From Tubiluchus corallicola (Eukaryota; Animalia; Priapulida): a DNA stretch of 64,000 bases. The notes under the pieces were generated by a model. That model saw only the letters and a program-made list of their open reading frames with translations. It did not search any database and had not been told where the DNA came from. The DNA is taken from positions 1,922,001 to 1,986,000 of the forward strand of contig JAQGDQ010000001.1 of NCBI GenBank assembly GCA_030141605.1. The letters run 5' to 3'. The position numbers were made by a program, and so were the translations under genes. Shown here piece after piece: positions 13,676 through 24,849 of this stretch. How positions within the stretch are numbered: position 1 is the stretch's first letter; each line of letters begins with the position of its first letter.

Positions 13676-14346
13676 AAATTTTAACAATAGTGACAAGCAC
13701 ATTTTTTCCGACCCTTATTTTTCATTTGTTGCACTAAACGTTCTGTATCTTTGGAAAAAGGTTACGAAAACGAGCTAAAATTTTTGGTGTTTGCACACAA
13801 ATGTTTGTGACAACAGTGTGATAATTTTCATGCGATTCCATTATTTTTTCTTATAATGTCGCGATCAAAACCTCGGTACATTTTGTGCGCTATCTAATAT
13901 AAATGGCCAAATAATTTAACCGCTGAAAAACATTTACCTATAAAGATAACTTTCACAACAGTTTTTTTATAGACATACTTAACAAGTAACTGTACACGTA
14001 ATTGCAACTATACAATATAACTATTCTGACAATATAAAATGGCTTCAATATAATAATGAATGCGCCACAAACAGTTTAATAGAGACAAACGTATGACATC
14101 AATTTCTGAAGATTTTATCGAAGGACTGTCTTACCGACATCTCGACATGAAATCAAGAGCGATCCGGTAAATAAAAGTCTTGAACTATGATAATGAAAAT
14201 AATGGTATTATAGTAGCTGGTTTACTACTAATTAAAGTAAGAGAGCAGGCAATCCATTAATTATATGGGAGTTCTATCAAGAGGAGATAATAACTCCATG
14301 ACATATGAATGGCATGAGAACGAAATAGCAAGGAGTAGTTTTTTTT

Positions 14347-14412
14347 AGCCGTGGTTTGAACCCGGGATTTCATGTTGATAAGAAAGAACTCCTGCCTATT
14401 GAGCCATCACTG
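14347..14412 (-). mobile_element. tRNA-derived SINE head / tRNA pseudogene
   Basis: Minus strand has A-box-like tggctcaatagg and B-box ggttcaaacc at tRNA spacing, but no intact cloverleaf. Confidence 0.5.
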
Positions 14413-15849
14413 AGGATACCGTAAGGACAAAACGCTTTTGGTGGCTCTGACCTTGTTAGCGCTTTTAATCGGTTAAAGCATTAAAAACGCAGAGAGAATA
14501 AATGAAGAAGGCGTATTTCACTTAATGTGCATTTATTAGGATTAGGACTACTTCAAAAATTGAAATTGGTAAAACGGGCTAATGTTGTACAATTTACTTA
14601 ACAAAAACTTAAAAAGTAGTAAAGATATTGTTTTTCTCTCACTTTACTAATGAAAGATGGAAAAACAGCATCTGTACTACGTACTTTGTTATTTTTGGTA
14701 AAGCTGGACGCTGATTGTCCGACATTGGCAGTGTGCGATATTTAATTTAGCCCGTACGAATTTGATGATAATTTTCCAATATTTTTATGAAAACAATGTC
14801 CCTTGGACTATTTTAGCAAATTATAATTATCCATAATTACACCTTAGTATTAAATTTAAAGTTTGCAAATTACGTTTGAACGGCTAACAAGACAATGTCG
14901 ACAGCACGCAGCACGTCGTACACAATATAATAATGTCGACTGCACACAGCACACAATATAATAATTAATGATAAAATCTAATCGCTCTATCTAAATTCAA
15001 TTGATAAAAGATATTTACTTCTGTGGCAACAGGTCTCAAATTGCCATGTTTGCTGGTAAGCTCTCATGAATGAGCAATTTGCTTTAGCGCTAGCAGAAGA
15101 TTAGCCATAATTTGTGTTGCAAACGATTTTAATTAAAAAAAGTCGCACATGCCGACAGTGACGCGGTCTAGCTGAGGAATGTTTCTAATATGGTAAGGTA
15201 GTTTAGAGCAACAGCTGCCCTGATTGGTTCCTTAGTATCAGAACACTCGACACATGGCAAGCTCATAGTAAACTTAGTGAAAACGTAGTGCGGTTGAACC
15301 AAAGACCAAGCTGTCCACTTTCTAAAAGAACGTGTACAATTTACTCACACTCAGAAGAAAATAATAAAATGGTAAGTGAATAAATTGGAAGCAAGCATGC
15401 TTGGCACATGGCACTTTCCATCATTTATTTGTATTTAAATTTTGTTTGTTGCTGTCAGTATTTTCTTCACTAGTCCTCTTTAATTATTTTCACTTTTTGT
15501 AGTTTTCCAGTGAAGAACGGGATATATTTTTTTGCCGTGTGAGTAATGCATTAAATCGTTTGCAGTATATAATTACATTAAGGGCCAGTAATGATCAAGA
15601 ATATGCATGCATTAACGGCATCGATTTCGCGGGTGCGTATCATGAGGATTAGATTAAAAGATAAACAATACTTTAGGTGCTCAGTCATATTTCATCAAAA
15701 TTAAAGTTATTAAGTTTTATACAAGTGACGTTGTGCATAATACGCATTTGTACAGCGATCTCATCTTGTGCAGATGTATATACAGAATTTTTTTGAATAT
15801 AATGTTATAAAATAGTAACGCGAGCGACTCCCATTGTGTATGGGCTGCC

Positions 15850-16940
15850 ATTCAACGACTTCCATTTCTCAGCTTACTCAAGTAACTTCATCGAAGGAAA
15901 TATTCTTTGCTATTAAGGTATTAATCTCCGCTGGTACATTCATGACACTTTGGTAGTCGTTTGAACTGATAGAAGCGGGGATGGTTGCATTTCCACACCA
16001 AGCACCCAGATTTGACAAAGATAAACAAGTTTTCATACACTCTTGGTTCATAACGTGTCCCGAATCCACAGCATGTTTATGGTTGTTATTCTGTTAGATA
16101 TTTTGAATTGTTTCGTTTCAAACTGCGAAATCCATTTTGTAGATTAGATATAAACCGTTTTGCTCCAGTGGGAACGTAGTTCCTCAATATAAAATTCTGC
16201 ATCACTATCCATTTCATCTCTGAACCCACTGTCAGCAACTCAGATGACGGTTCCTCCAAGGATGGATCTCCAAACTAGATCTTTTTCCACCTTTTTGCAG
16301 ACTCTGCATATCTTCTAGGAAAGTATTTGGAAGGGAGTATCTTCGTGATGCTGTCTGATTCACAAACTTCCCTGCTGCAAACTCTTTATGGACAAATGGA
16401 TTGGCATCTAGCAGTTTGAACATATCATATCACAAATGTGCACTTGTACATGGGTACTGGCAAAAATACGACTTGGAGGAATTTAGTGAGGCAGTTTAGT
16501 TAGTGTTCCTTGAAATCTTCTGCCCTGATGCTCTGATAGGCCCGAAAATGATTACCTCCATTTTGGGCAGGTGCTCCTGCATTTGGATCTTGAGTTACTC
16601 GCCCTGATCTCGGATCTTAGTAACTCGGATCTTGAGTTATTTAATATCAATCATCAAAGCTCCTTAAAATCAGTACTTGCCTCACAATCACATGCCGTAG
16701 TGGTATAAACTGTCTGACTCTTCTTATTTTTGTTACATTAGCGGCAGACAAGAAAGATCGGCTGTGTCAGCTTGTTCACTTACAGTTGTCAACCCACTGC
16801 CTTTGAGCAAACGACCAGGCACTCTTAAAGCAGGTTTTTGAATGTGTAGTGAACCCATTACAAAACCCGTTTCCGGCCACTTCAATTGAATCTGCTCGAC
16901 CAGTGCAAAGAGTGGTTGATTATAACTATAGTACATTCTG
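15850..16940 (-). mobile_element. Frameshifted relic of a large invertebrate DNA-transposon protein
   Basis: Fragments QPLFALVEQIQLKWPE..VMGSLHI...GRLLKGSGL and VHKEFAAGKFV..TASRRYS resemble the DQPLY...WP...MGGLH...GSGW and F..G.FVV.KT...FS motifs recalled from widespread transposon-derived ORFs. Superfamily not assigned. Confidence 0.6.
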
Positions 16941-16959
16941 ACTTGAATTTATTGATAGT

Positions 16960-18572
16960 TTGCGATTGCGATTGCGATACTCGACTCTCTCCACCTATCA
17001 GAGGCGGGCACCTTTATAGGGTGCAAAGTCTATTCTTCTTTAACGTTGATCTTTTAGTTGTCTTTTCCAAGTTTAATGTCTTTATTTGTCTTTTTCCTGT
17101 ATTCCATACATTCGTTCACTAGATTTCTAATTTCTAGCAATCCTTCCTTTTCACTGTTCATTAATACATCTGAGTTCAAATTTTTTTCCTTTCTCCATAT
17201 CTGTAGCATCTAAGCATATGTTCAGTAGTGTCATCATCTTCCTCACACACTGGGCATAATAACTGATCCTTAAATTCATTCTTGTAGTTCCCTTTAACTT
17301 TAATCATATTCAGTCTTATTTTCAATATATCTTTAACCTCTTCTGGCTTGCATGTGTCTATGTAATTTTGTCGTTTCCACTCGGTATGCCTTAAAAATCT
17401 TAATTTAGTGCTGCTTCTGCATTTTTCTGCACATTTATTCTTTATACAACATTCAATCTTATTCTTTATTTCTTTCTTTCATTCAGACTTTTTCATGACC
17501 TTCACCCTTTCTTTATTAGCTTTATGGTATATTTTTTGCAGCCTCAACTACTTCATTATACCATGACCTTTTATGTACAGTGTTTATTTGCATTTCGAGT
17601 ACCTCTGATGCTAATCTCTTTGGTTTACTAATCAGTAAATTCCGATAGAACATCAATCTCCTATAATTTACTTTATGTTTTAGAGGCCATATGCCTATTT
17701 CAGTTACTGATCCCCAGTATGGCGTTGATTCACTAAGATTAAATATTGTTTTTAAAGCATTTGCTTGAATCATTTCTAATTTCTCCCAATCAGTTGCTGT
17801 CAAATTTGACCATGTCTCAGAATTATTTAGCACTGCACTCACTGAAAGAAGCTCGTACAGCATTAGTTTTACCCCTATTGAGCAATCTCCCACTTTCAGC
17901 TCACCTTCTATTGTATTGATGTAACTAATTATCATTTTATTTTTCCCGGTTCGTTTTCCCAACATTGTTTCATAACTACATTTTGTATTAATCCATTCTC
18001 CCAAATATTGGTATTCCTCTACTTCCTTAACCTCTCCGTTCCTTAGTGACTCACATAATTCTGGAATCCTTTTCTTTTGTGTCATGTTAGTTCTCATATA
18101 TTGTGTTTTCTGTATATTGAATGATAATCTTTTGGTTCTTTCAATTTCTTGACAGTTTTTAATCATCTGCTTGATTATAGTTTCTTGTCCTATTCCCACA
18201 ATATCGTCAATGAATAATAACATACCCACATGTATATTCCTGCCCATTACAGTCCCTGTTGTCACCATCTCATTAATCCGGTTTATTGCAGCACAACATA
18301 GCAATGGTCCCAGCACTGTTCCCTGTCGGACTATTTCATTTATTTCTATCTGGTCTGTTTTACCCAATGGTGTTTCTATAACTATTTATGCAATTTCGTT
18401 CAGTTTATATATCATAAAAATTTCTCCTGGTGATATGCCCATCCACAATAATTCTGTCAATGCATCTTTCAACCACAACTTATCAAAACACTTTTCTATG
18501 TCACAAAAAAGTATGTACACTTCATTTTTATAAAACCTGTTATACTCTAACATTGCCCTCAAGGTGTACAGA
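16960..18572 (-). mobile_element. 5'-truncated non-LTR retrotransposon (RT domain, C-terminal zinc finger, 3' (ATCGCA)n tail)
   Basis: FCDIEKCFDKLW, VRQGTVLGPLL, LLFIDDI (catalytic DD), YQYLG; CPVCEEDDDTTEH at ~17215-17260 after a frameshift; three ATCGCA repeats at 16961-16978. Confidence 0.9.
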
Positions 18573-20362
18573 TACTTGATACTTAGTTAGAATGGTTCCC
18601 AAATGGGCACTTTAATGGAGTTATTATAAACTTTTGCTAGTCTCACCGGCTGCAAAATAAATTTAGTTCCTGCTTATTACATTACGCTTAATCAATTTGT
18701 AACGTTAGTCGTCATGTTGAATTTTGGCCGCTTAAATGGATACATTTGAGGTACTTGTCCATAATAAAATATAGTTGCTGCTTATCACAATGATTAATTT
18801 GTTAACATCTAAGCTGCCATCTTGGATTTTGCATGCCATTTTAAATTTTAATATTGGCAATAATGTCTATTTGAAAAAGCGTGTATTAAGCTATAACAGT
18901 GTCAAGTTGCTTGTTTGTGTCGCCTTTTGAACGACTTTTCCACTTTTTTATTTTTCATACGGACCAATCCGGCAAGTTTGAGTTTTATAGTATTTTGCAT
19001 TTTAAGGCTTTGGAGGTACTGCCATTGCAAGTATCAAACCCTTGTGCTGTGATGGATAACATTTGAAACCACCGATGATTATTACCCACAATGAAAATGC
19101 ATATTTAGCTTTTTTTCAAAAAGTCATGTATGGAAAATGGAATAAATTCATACACCGTATTTTTGTTCAACAATCTGTTCCAATAACTTAGCAACAGAGT
19201 CATCATTCAGCTGTTTTAGTTTACTCAGAAGACCACGAAAGTAGTTAGTAATTAATTAGGCAAATGTTGTCACCAATTTGTAAACACCGAATTCTTTGGG
19301 GATTAGCTATCTAATTACGATACCAATTAGTGGTGAAACAAACGCACAATGTTTATCATCAATTCTTTAAACCAACGGTATCTAATAAAAATTTTGCGTA
19401 AGAAGTGCAAAGTTTGTTATCATGGCGTTGCACAAAGTGCACAGTCACTTGTGATTAGGTTTTGGATCAGTTCTAGCGTTTTCAGCATATTTTTTTGTTC
19501 TGGTAAGATCGCCAGATCGGGCTTCAAAAAATAACTTTAGGCTTATGCGAGGAGCTTAGTGACAACTAAGTTCCAAAGATGAACAATCAGCGAAAACGCC
19601 ACAAAAATACGGTCACTGACTCTCCAAAAACATATTGTTAATCTTATTGACAAGAAAAAGCAATTTATACTAATGCTTAGTTAGTGAAGTATACTCTACG
19701 AATATCATTTCTTTTCATTATTTTTTCAAATTTGATGCAGTGTTATCTAGACTTCTTTCAAACGACCTATGGTTAAAATGGATGCGCTTAACGGTCACGC
19801 GGGAGCTTCAATGTTCAAGTTTTATATGGCGTTGCGTTTTCAGGACAAATTTTTTAGTCGTTTGCAAATAAAGGATTTTCTTGCCCTTAAAACTGAATAA
19901 CTACTTCTAATTTTAAAAGTAATTTGCCAATTGCTGAGAAAAGGTGTATCGTTCATTGAAAGTCAAGGACATTGCAACCTGAAATGCTAACTCACATCTT
20001 TTGCGTTCTTATCTGCATATAATAATCTTAAGACGTGTAGCGGAAATTGCATGTTTTATGAGGCCTTCGTAGTGTGCTTGTAAATATTTGCTGCTAATAG
20101 TTGATTAACTACAGATTTACCAGAACTAACGTGTGTCTCAGGGCTTATAAGTTATGAAGCAAACTATAAAGTCTAAGTGAACTAATCCAATATATTTACC
20201 AATTAATAATCGCGCCGGAATGATTTATGACAATGCACGATGAGCGACGCGACTATTATAAATAATTGCATTGTTTTTGCGAAATTTAATAAATACTTTA
20301 TGATGCTCAAATTACAAAACGTATTTAATTGACGCAAATGTTTCTTATTTTTCTTCTGACAG

Positions 20363-20407
20363 TGAAACTATAAGAGAAGCAACTTCTCAGTTAAAGCATT
20401 CTGGCAG
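20363..20407 (+). other. Candidate non-coding 5'UTR exon of EH-like gene 1
   Basis: 45-nt segment bounded by a strong polypyrimidine acceptor (tttcttatttttcttctgacag) and donor cag|gtattg; upstream and co-oriented with 24202. Sequence signals only. Confidence 0.3.
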
Positions 20408-21577
20408 GTATTGGTTTTTATCTTTTCTAACATTATTAATCTCATCCGTTTGTTGTTAGCTAAAGCAGGAAGGTTGACATGTTAACACATTTAGCATTAC
20501 ATTTTTTATTTGTTTTTCTCAGACTACTTTTGTGTCTTTGAAATCTTGCCAACATCTGAAGAATTTATACCGGCGCCAGACTATTTTCACGTTGCATATT
20601 TTCTCTTGCCTACTTTTACTTAGTGGCTGTTAATAATTTTTTCTTGACTGTTTGACGACATTTCGCTTCGTTCTGACACACTAACTGATAGTTATTTTTT
20701 GCTTAGGCATAATTATCCATGAACGCACCAGAGGTTCCACAAATTAGAATGGTGCCATCTTGTGCGTCATAGATCATTTTGAGCACACATAAACATACAC
20801 ACGCACACACACACACACACACGCACATCTAGTTTTTTCAATTTTCAAACATAAATATCTCTTGTTAGTCCTACGTAAGGGAAAAATTATGATCTTGTTT
20901 TTTTTAAATAGGGTGTGATTGTACGTTCAATCTGTTTCGAATAATTTACTCTAAAGCTGCAAGCTAGCATGATAGACATTGAGTTCATATAATACATAGG
21001 TCGGCAGGGCATGTTAAGCCTCGCCTACCTGGCCCAGTCTCAGAACTCTTGCTCAACGACAACAGTTACAATACAAAATCTATAGACAAATCAGAAAAAC
21101 ACGAAGAAGCACGTTTAGTGGCAATTTGTTAACTATTCGAGAAAGTGTTTCACTGTTATATATATATATGCATTTATCAGACTACAAGAAATTATTTGAG
21201 CAAATCATTCCAAAAAATGATTTATTTATTTCACTCAAGAATGTGTCCATTATATGACGATTTTCTGTGAAAGATTAAAGTCTTCTACCAAAATACTAAG
21301 CTTCAATGAAAAAATGTCAGTTAACGCACAAACTTGTTTTAAAATTATAGTTTAATAATTATATTGGAATAAAATTAGTTCCCAATGTTCCCAGTGCCTT
21401 AATATATAAAACTTGTACATGTTTTTTGTGTAAAAGACTAAAGTAAGGAACAACTTGGTTTTAAATAACATGTTACCCCAGCTAAACCTTGTCAAAGGGC
21501 TCATCTCATGTTATCTCTGATCAGGCGGGACGTTTGTCTAAATCTTTTTGGTTTTGAGTAACTTATAATAAATTTAA

Positions 21578-22273
21578 GGCCATTTCACAGTGAGGACGCA
21601 ATTGCTGTCAGATAATCAGAAGATTTTCAAAAAATTTCCCATGTTTCTCGAAATTCTATGCAGCAAGGAAGCTCATTTCACAGTAAAGCCTCGCGGCTTT
21701 TTCCGCGCGTCCAGTTAGCTTTATACTGTATAGCCTCGTTTAAATTACGCTATACTTGCCGTATTTCTCATATACTAAGTACAATGTTAGTCAGTGTTAG
21801 TCAGACTTGTTAGTTTTTTTAGTAAAGTTCTAATATCAACTTCAAAATCTGAAAATATACACATAAACTAAATATATGCATGTATTATTTTCTTTTTCAC
21901 AAATATAGCCATCGATTGCATTAATAATTAATCAATTGCATTAGTAAAACATAAAATCGTCAGCCTGTCAAAAGAGGGATTAACATTTATAATTTTATGC
22001 TGAAATGTGTTAATTGTTGTTCATTAAATAACAAAGAAGTAATTGAATAGTTAAATTTAAGATGGAAGATGCAGTATTTCTACCATGCGGCAAAATTCCT
22101 CACGTGGAAGACGCATAACTTCTAGCTAGCAGCAGAATTTCTCTTGAGGAATTTTGTCGCGCGTCTTCACTGTGTAATACGCATAGAAAATAATGTGTTC
22201 CTTTTTCGCGAGGAATGTGGAAAGAAATTTCTCCTCAGTCATTTTGCTGTGCGTCCTCACTGTGAAACGGGCC
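21578..22273. mobile_element. PIF/Harbinger (Tourist-type) MITE, 696 bp
   Basis: TIR ggccatttcacagtgaggacgca / tgcgtcctcactgtgaaacgggcc; TAA on both sides (21575-21577, 22274-22276). Confidence 0.85.
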
Positions 22274-24201
22274 TAACTCTTTCTAATCTTCCCATACGTT
22301 ATATGTCTGCTTCAAAGTACCCCAAGCACAACATTTCATCATCATAATGCCTCTGTTTTACCATGAACCAAATTTTAATTATAGAAATCTTGTATGGTTT
22401 GAAAAAATAATAATAACGATGCATACGTGACTTTCACTCTCGCAGTATATTTCAATACGTTAACCAGCTATGTTTAGATGACTAACCAGTGAGTAGATCA
22501 CTAACCAGTCAGTAGCTTTTGTGCGCTTGACTGGCCATTGCGAGGCTGACCCCGCTGTTTGATTGCGGTTTCCCGACCTGCGCAAACAACCGTTATTATT
22601 ATTGTAACTTTTCTTAAAACTAAATTGTATCTGGCCATAAGAACGTATCGGATATCACAATTGTCATAATTGCTTTTAGGTATTTTTTATGAAAAATACA
22701 CATTTAACCTTTGGTACTGCATTTGTAGTAAAGTAGAGAATCCTCGCAAACAAAAAAGTTCGTTTTCTCTTGTGTTTATGAGATCTTTTGTAGTACACGG
22801 GCTATAATGCAAATGTGCAATGTTAGTTTTTGTTTGTGAGAAAGCAGTAAAATAATACTGATACGACTTTAATATGCTCTTATACGTTTTTATTTTTATA
22901 GTTTATGATAATTTTACATGGCGTGTTCGTTTTCAAGATATCCCACGGTGACTTATGGATAAGCTAAAATTAGTGAGAATGTTTAAATTAAATGTTTCCT
23001 TGTGACTGCACAAAGATTTGATAGCGTTTTGCGCAATATTTTGACTGGATAATCTTTCATTTTGTTTTCACAAGACAATTAATAGTTTTTGATGCAATAA
23101 TTTCGTACATTTCTGGCTTTCACATGTTATAGGTTAGCCTACTTGACTGGCATATTCCCATTTAAAATTTTTACTTCAGATCTCTTCGTACCAATAGCCA
23201 TGCTTTAGTTATTTGGAGTTTTGTGACTAATGCCGCAAACTGCTATTTACTCTTGTAAGCACAGCATAATGATAGGTCATCTGGGTTAAGCCTTTTCCAA
23301 ATTATAGTGATCCTCCGCAAAAGCTTTGGCTCTGCCGCTTTGTGAATCACTTCAACGGAATTTGTAATTGAAACCGCAGACACTTGAGAATAAAGACACG
23401 CTTCCGATTCCTAAATACCTATTTATTTCACGTATTTATTTCGCGTAACAAAAAAAATCGTGTAGGCAATTTGTGAACATAGCGGGTAAGCCTTTAATGC
23501 AAAAGCCAGATAAATTAAATATGCTGCATTATTTCTTCTATGTTATGTAAGAAAGTGACAGCAGAATGTAGCTTCCCGCATCAAAAGACAACGAGTCATC
23601 AGCCCGCACGCCGAAGGCAAACAAGCAATCTTCAGTTGCAAAACATAAAATTGCTAAATCTATAAATAAAGTGAAGTTAGTGTAAGTTCAGAAACATACA
23701 TACAATTAAACATAGACGTTTTAGAGATGGCGCAGGCGTGCAATTTCCGGTGTCTTATTTTTATGAATGAACAATAAGCGCACACATACAAACTCTTCAA
23801 TCTCCAAAACGTCAGTTGCACAATTTAAAATTGCATGTCTGCCCGCTCACACCAGAAAAATTGCATGTCTGCGCGGGGCCTAAAGAACTGAAAATTTTTA
23901 TAGTTGTTTTCTGTACTTGAGTATTAAACTAGATTACGTAGCCTAGAGAAACGGGGCTAGATCGCATTAGTTGGCTTTGGGTAACTAAACCACAATCTGA
24001 AGCACGTGAAATTTACACTCGTACACGTGGAGATTGCTAGGTTTCTGGTATGTCTGTTATGCACTAATTTCTAATTTGCAACTACTGTCTTAGTCTGGGG
24101 GCACGCTGGGTTTCATATATATATATAACAAGGAAACCGGCAGTAACTTAAAGTACTAAGTAACAGTTTCGCATGAATAAGGACATATTTCTTTATTTCA
24201 G

Positions 24202-24849
24202 ATGGCGATTTGGTTGTCAACGATGACTATAGCTGTCTGCTTTGCTGGCGTCTACACCTTTGCTCTTATGGACTGTATAGACGAATGCTTTTTATGCCCA
24301 GAAAATGTTAGAAGAGGTAAAAGTCACATGGAGACATGCGCTAACTGGTGCATACTTACTGCTGGAAAAAGTTCTGGTCCAGGATGTAAGGAGATTCGCG
24401 ACAATTGGGTTGCAAACGACATCGCAGAGGTTCCCGTGTCTGAAACAAAGCGAGAGAAGCGATCCTTACTTGCTGCCATTATCAAACGAAGACGGACCAA
24501 GAGACAAATTGCCACGGATGTTGTTGGAGAATTGGAAGTTGTGCCAGATGTTCCCCAGCAAATCGCCGCTGAGGTCATCCCAGAACTGCTGGCAGAATCA
24601 GAAATTTTACCAGAAGCACCAGAAGCAGTCATATACGAGCCTGTCTATTCTGAATCTTATCTGTTTCCTCGACGAAAGAGAGTTGATAGGTTTCGAGCTT
24701 GTCTCAGTCAATGTGTACAATGCGTGTTCTTATATGGCTACGGAACTTATGACGGGGAGAGATGTGCTCACCAGTGTGTTGGCAGTGGTGGGTATAGCGC
24801 AGACACGGAATGTTCAAATGAAAACTTTTATATCTCTTTTAAAAGATAA
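24202..24849 (+). CDS. Secreted prepropeptide 1 with two eclosion-hormone-like 6-Cys domains (215 aa)
   Basis: Signal peptide; domain A CIDECFLC-x13-CANWC-x11-C; basic sites KREKR, KRRRTKR, RRKR; acidic linker; domain B CLSQCVQC-x13-CAHQC-x11-C; terminal KR. ATG directly follows acceptor ttctttatttcag. Clear paralog at 51906. Confidence 0.9.
   Translation: MAIWLSTMTIAVCFAGVYTFALMDCIDECFLCPENVRRGKSHMETCANWCILTAGKSSGPGCKEIRDNWVANDIAEVPVSETKREKRSLLAAIIKRRRTKRQIATDVVGELEVVPDVPQQIAAEVIPELLAESEILPEAPEAVIYEPVYSESYLFPRRKRVDRFRACLSQCVQCVFLYGYGTYDGERCAHQCVGSGGYSADTECSNENFYISFKR

Noticed and set aside
14347-14412. Functional tRNA gene
   Set aside because: A and B boxes are present but the acceptor and anticodon stems do not pair; treated as a SINE head.
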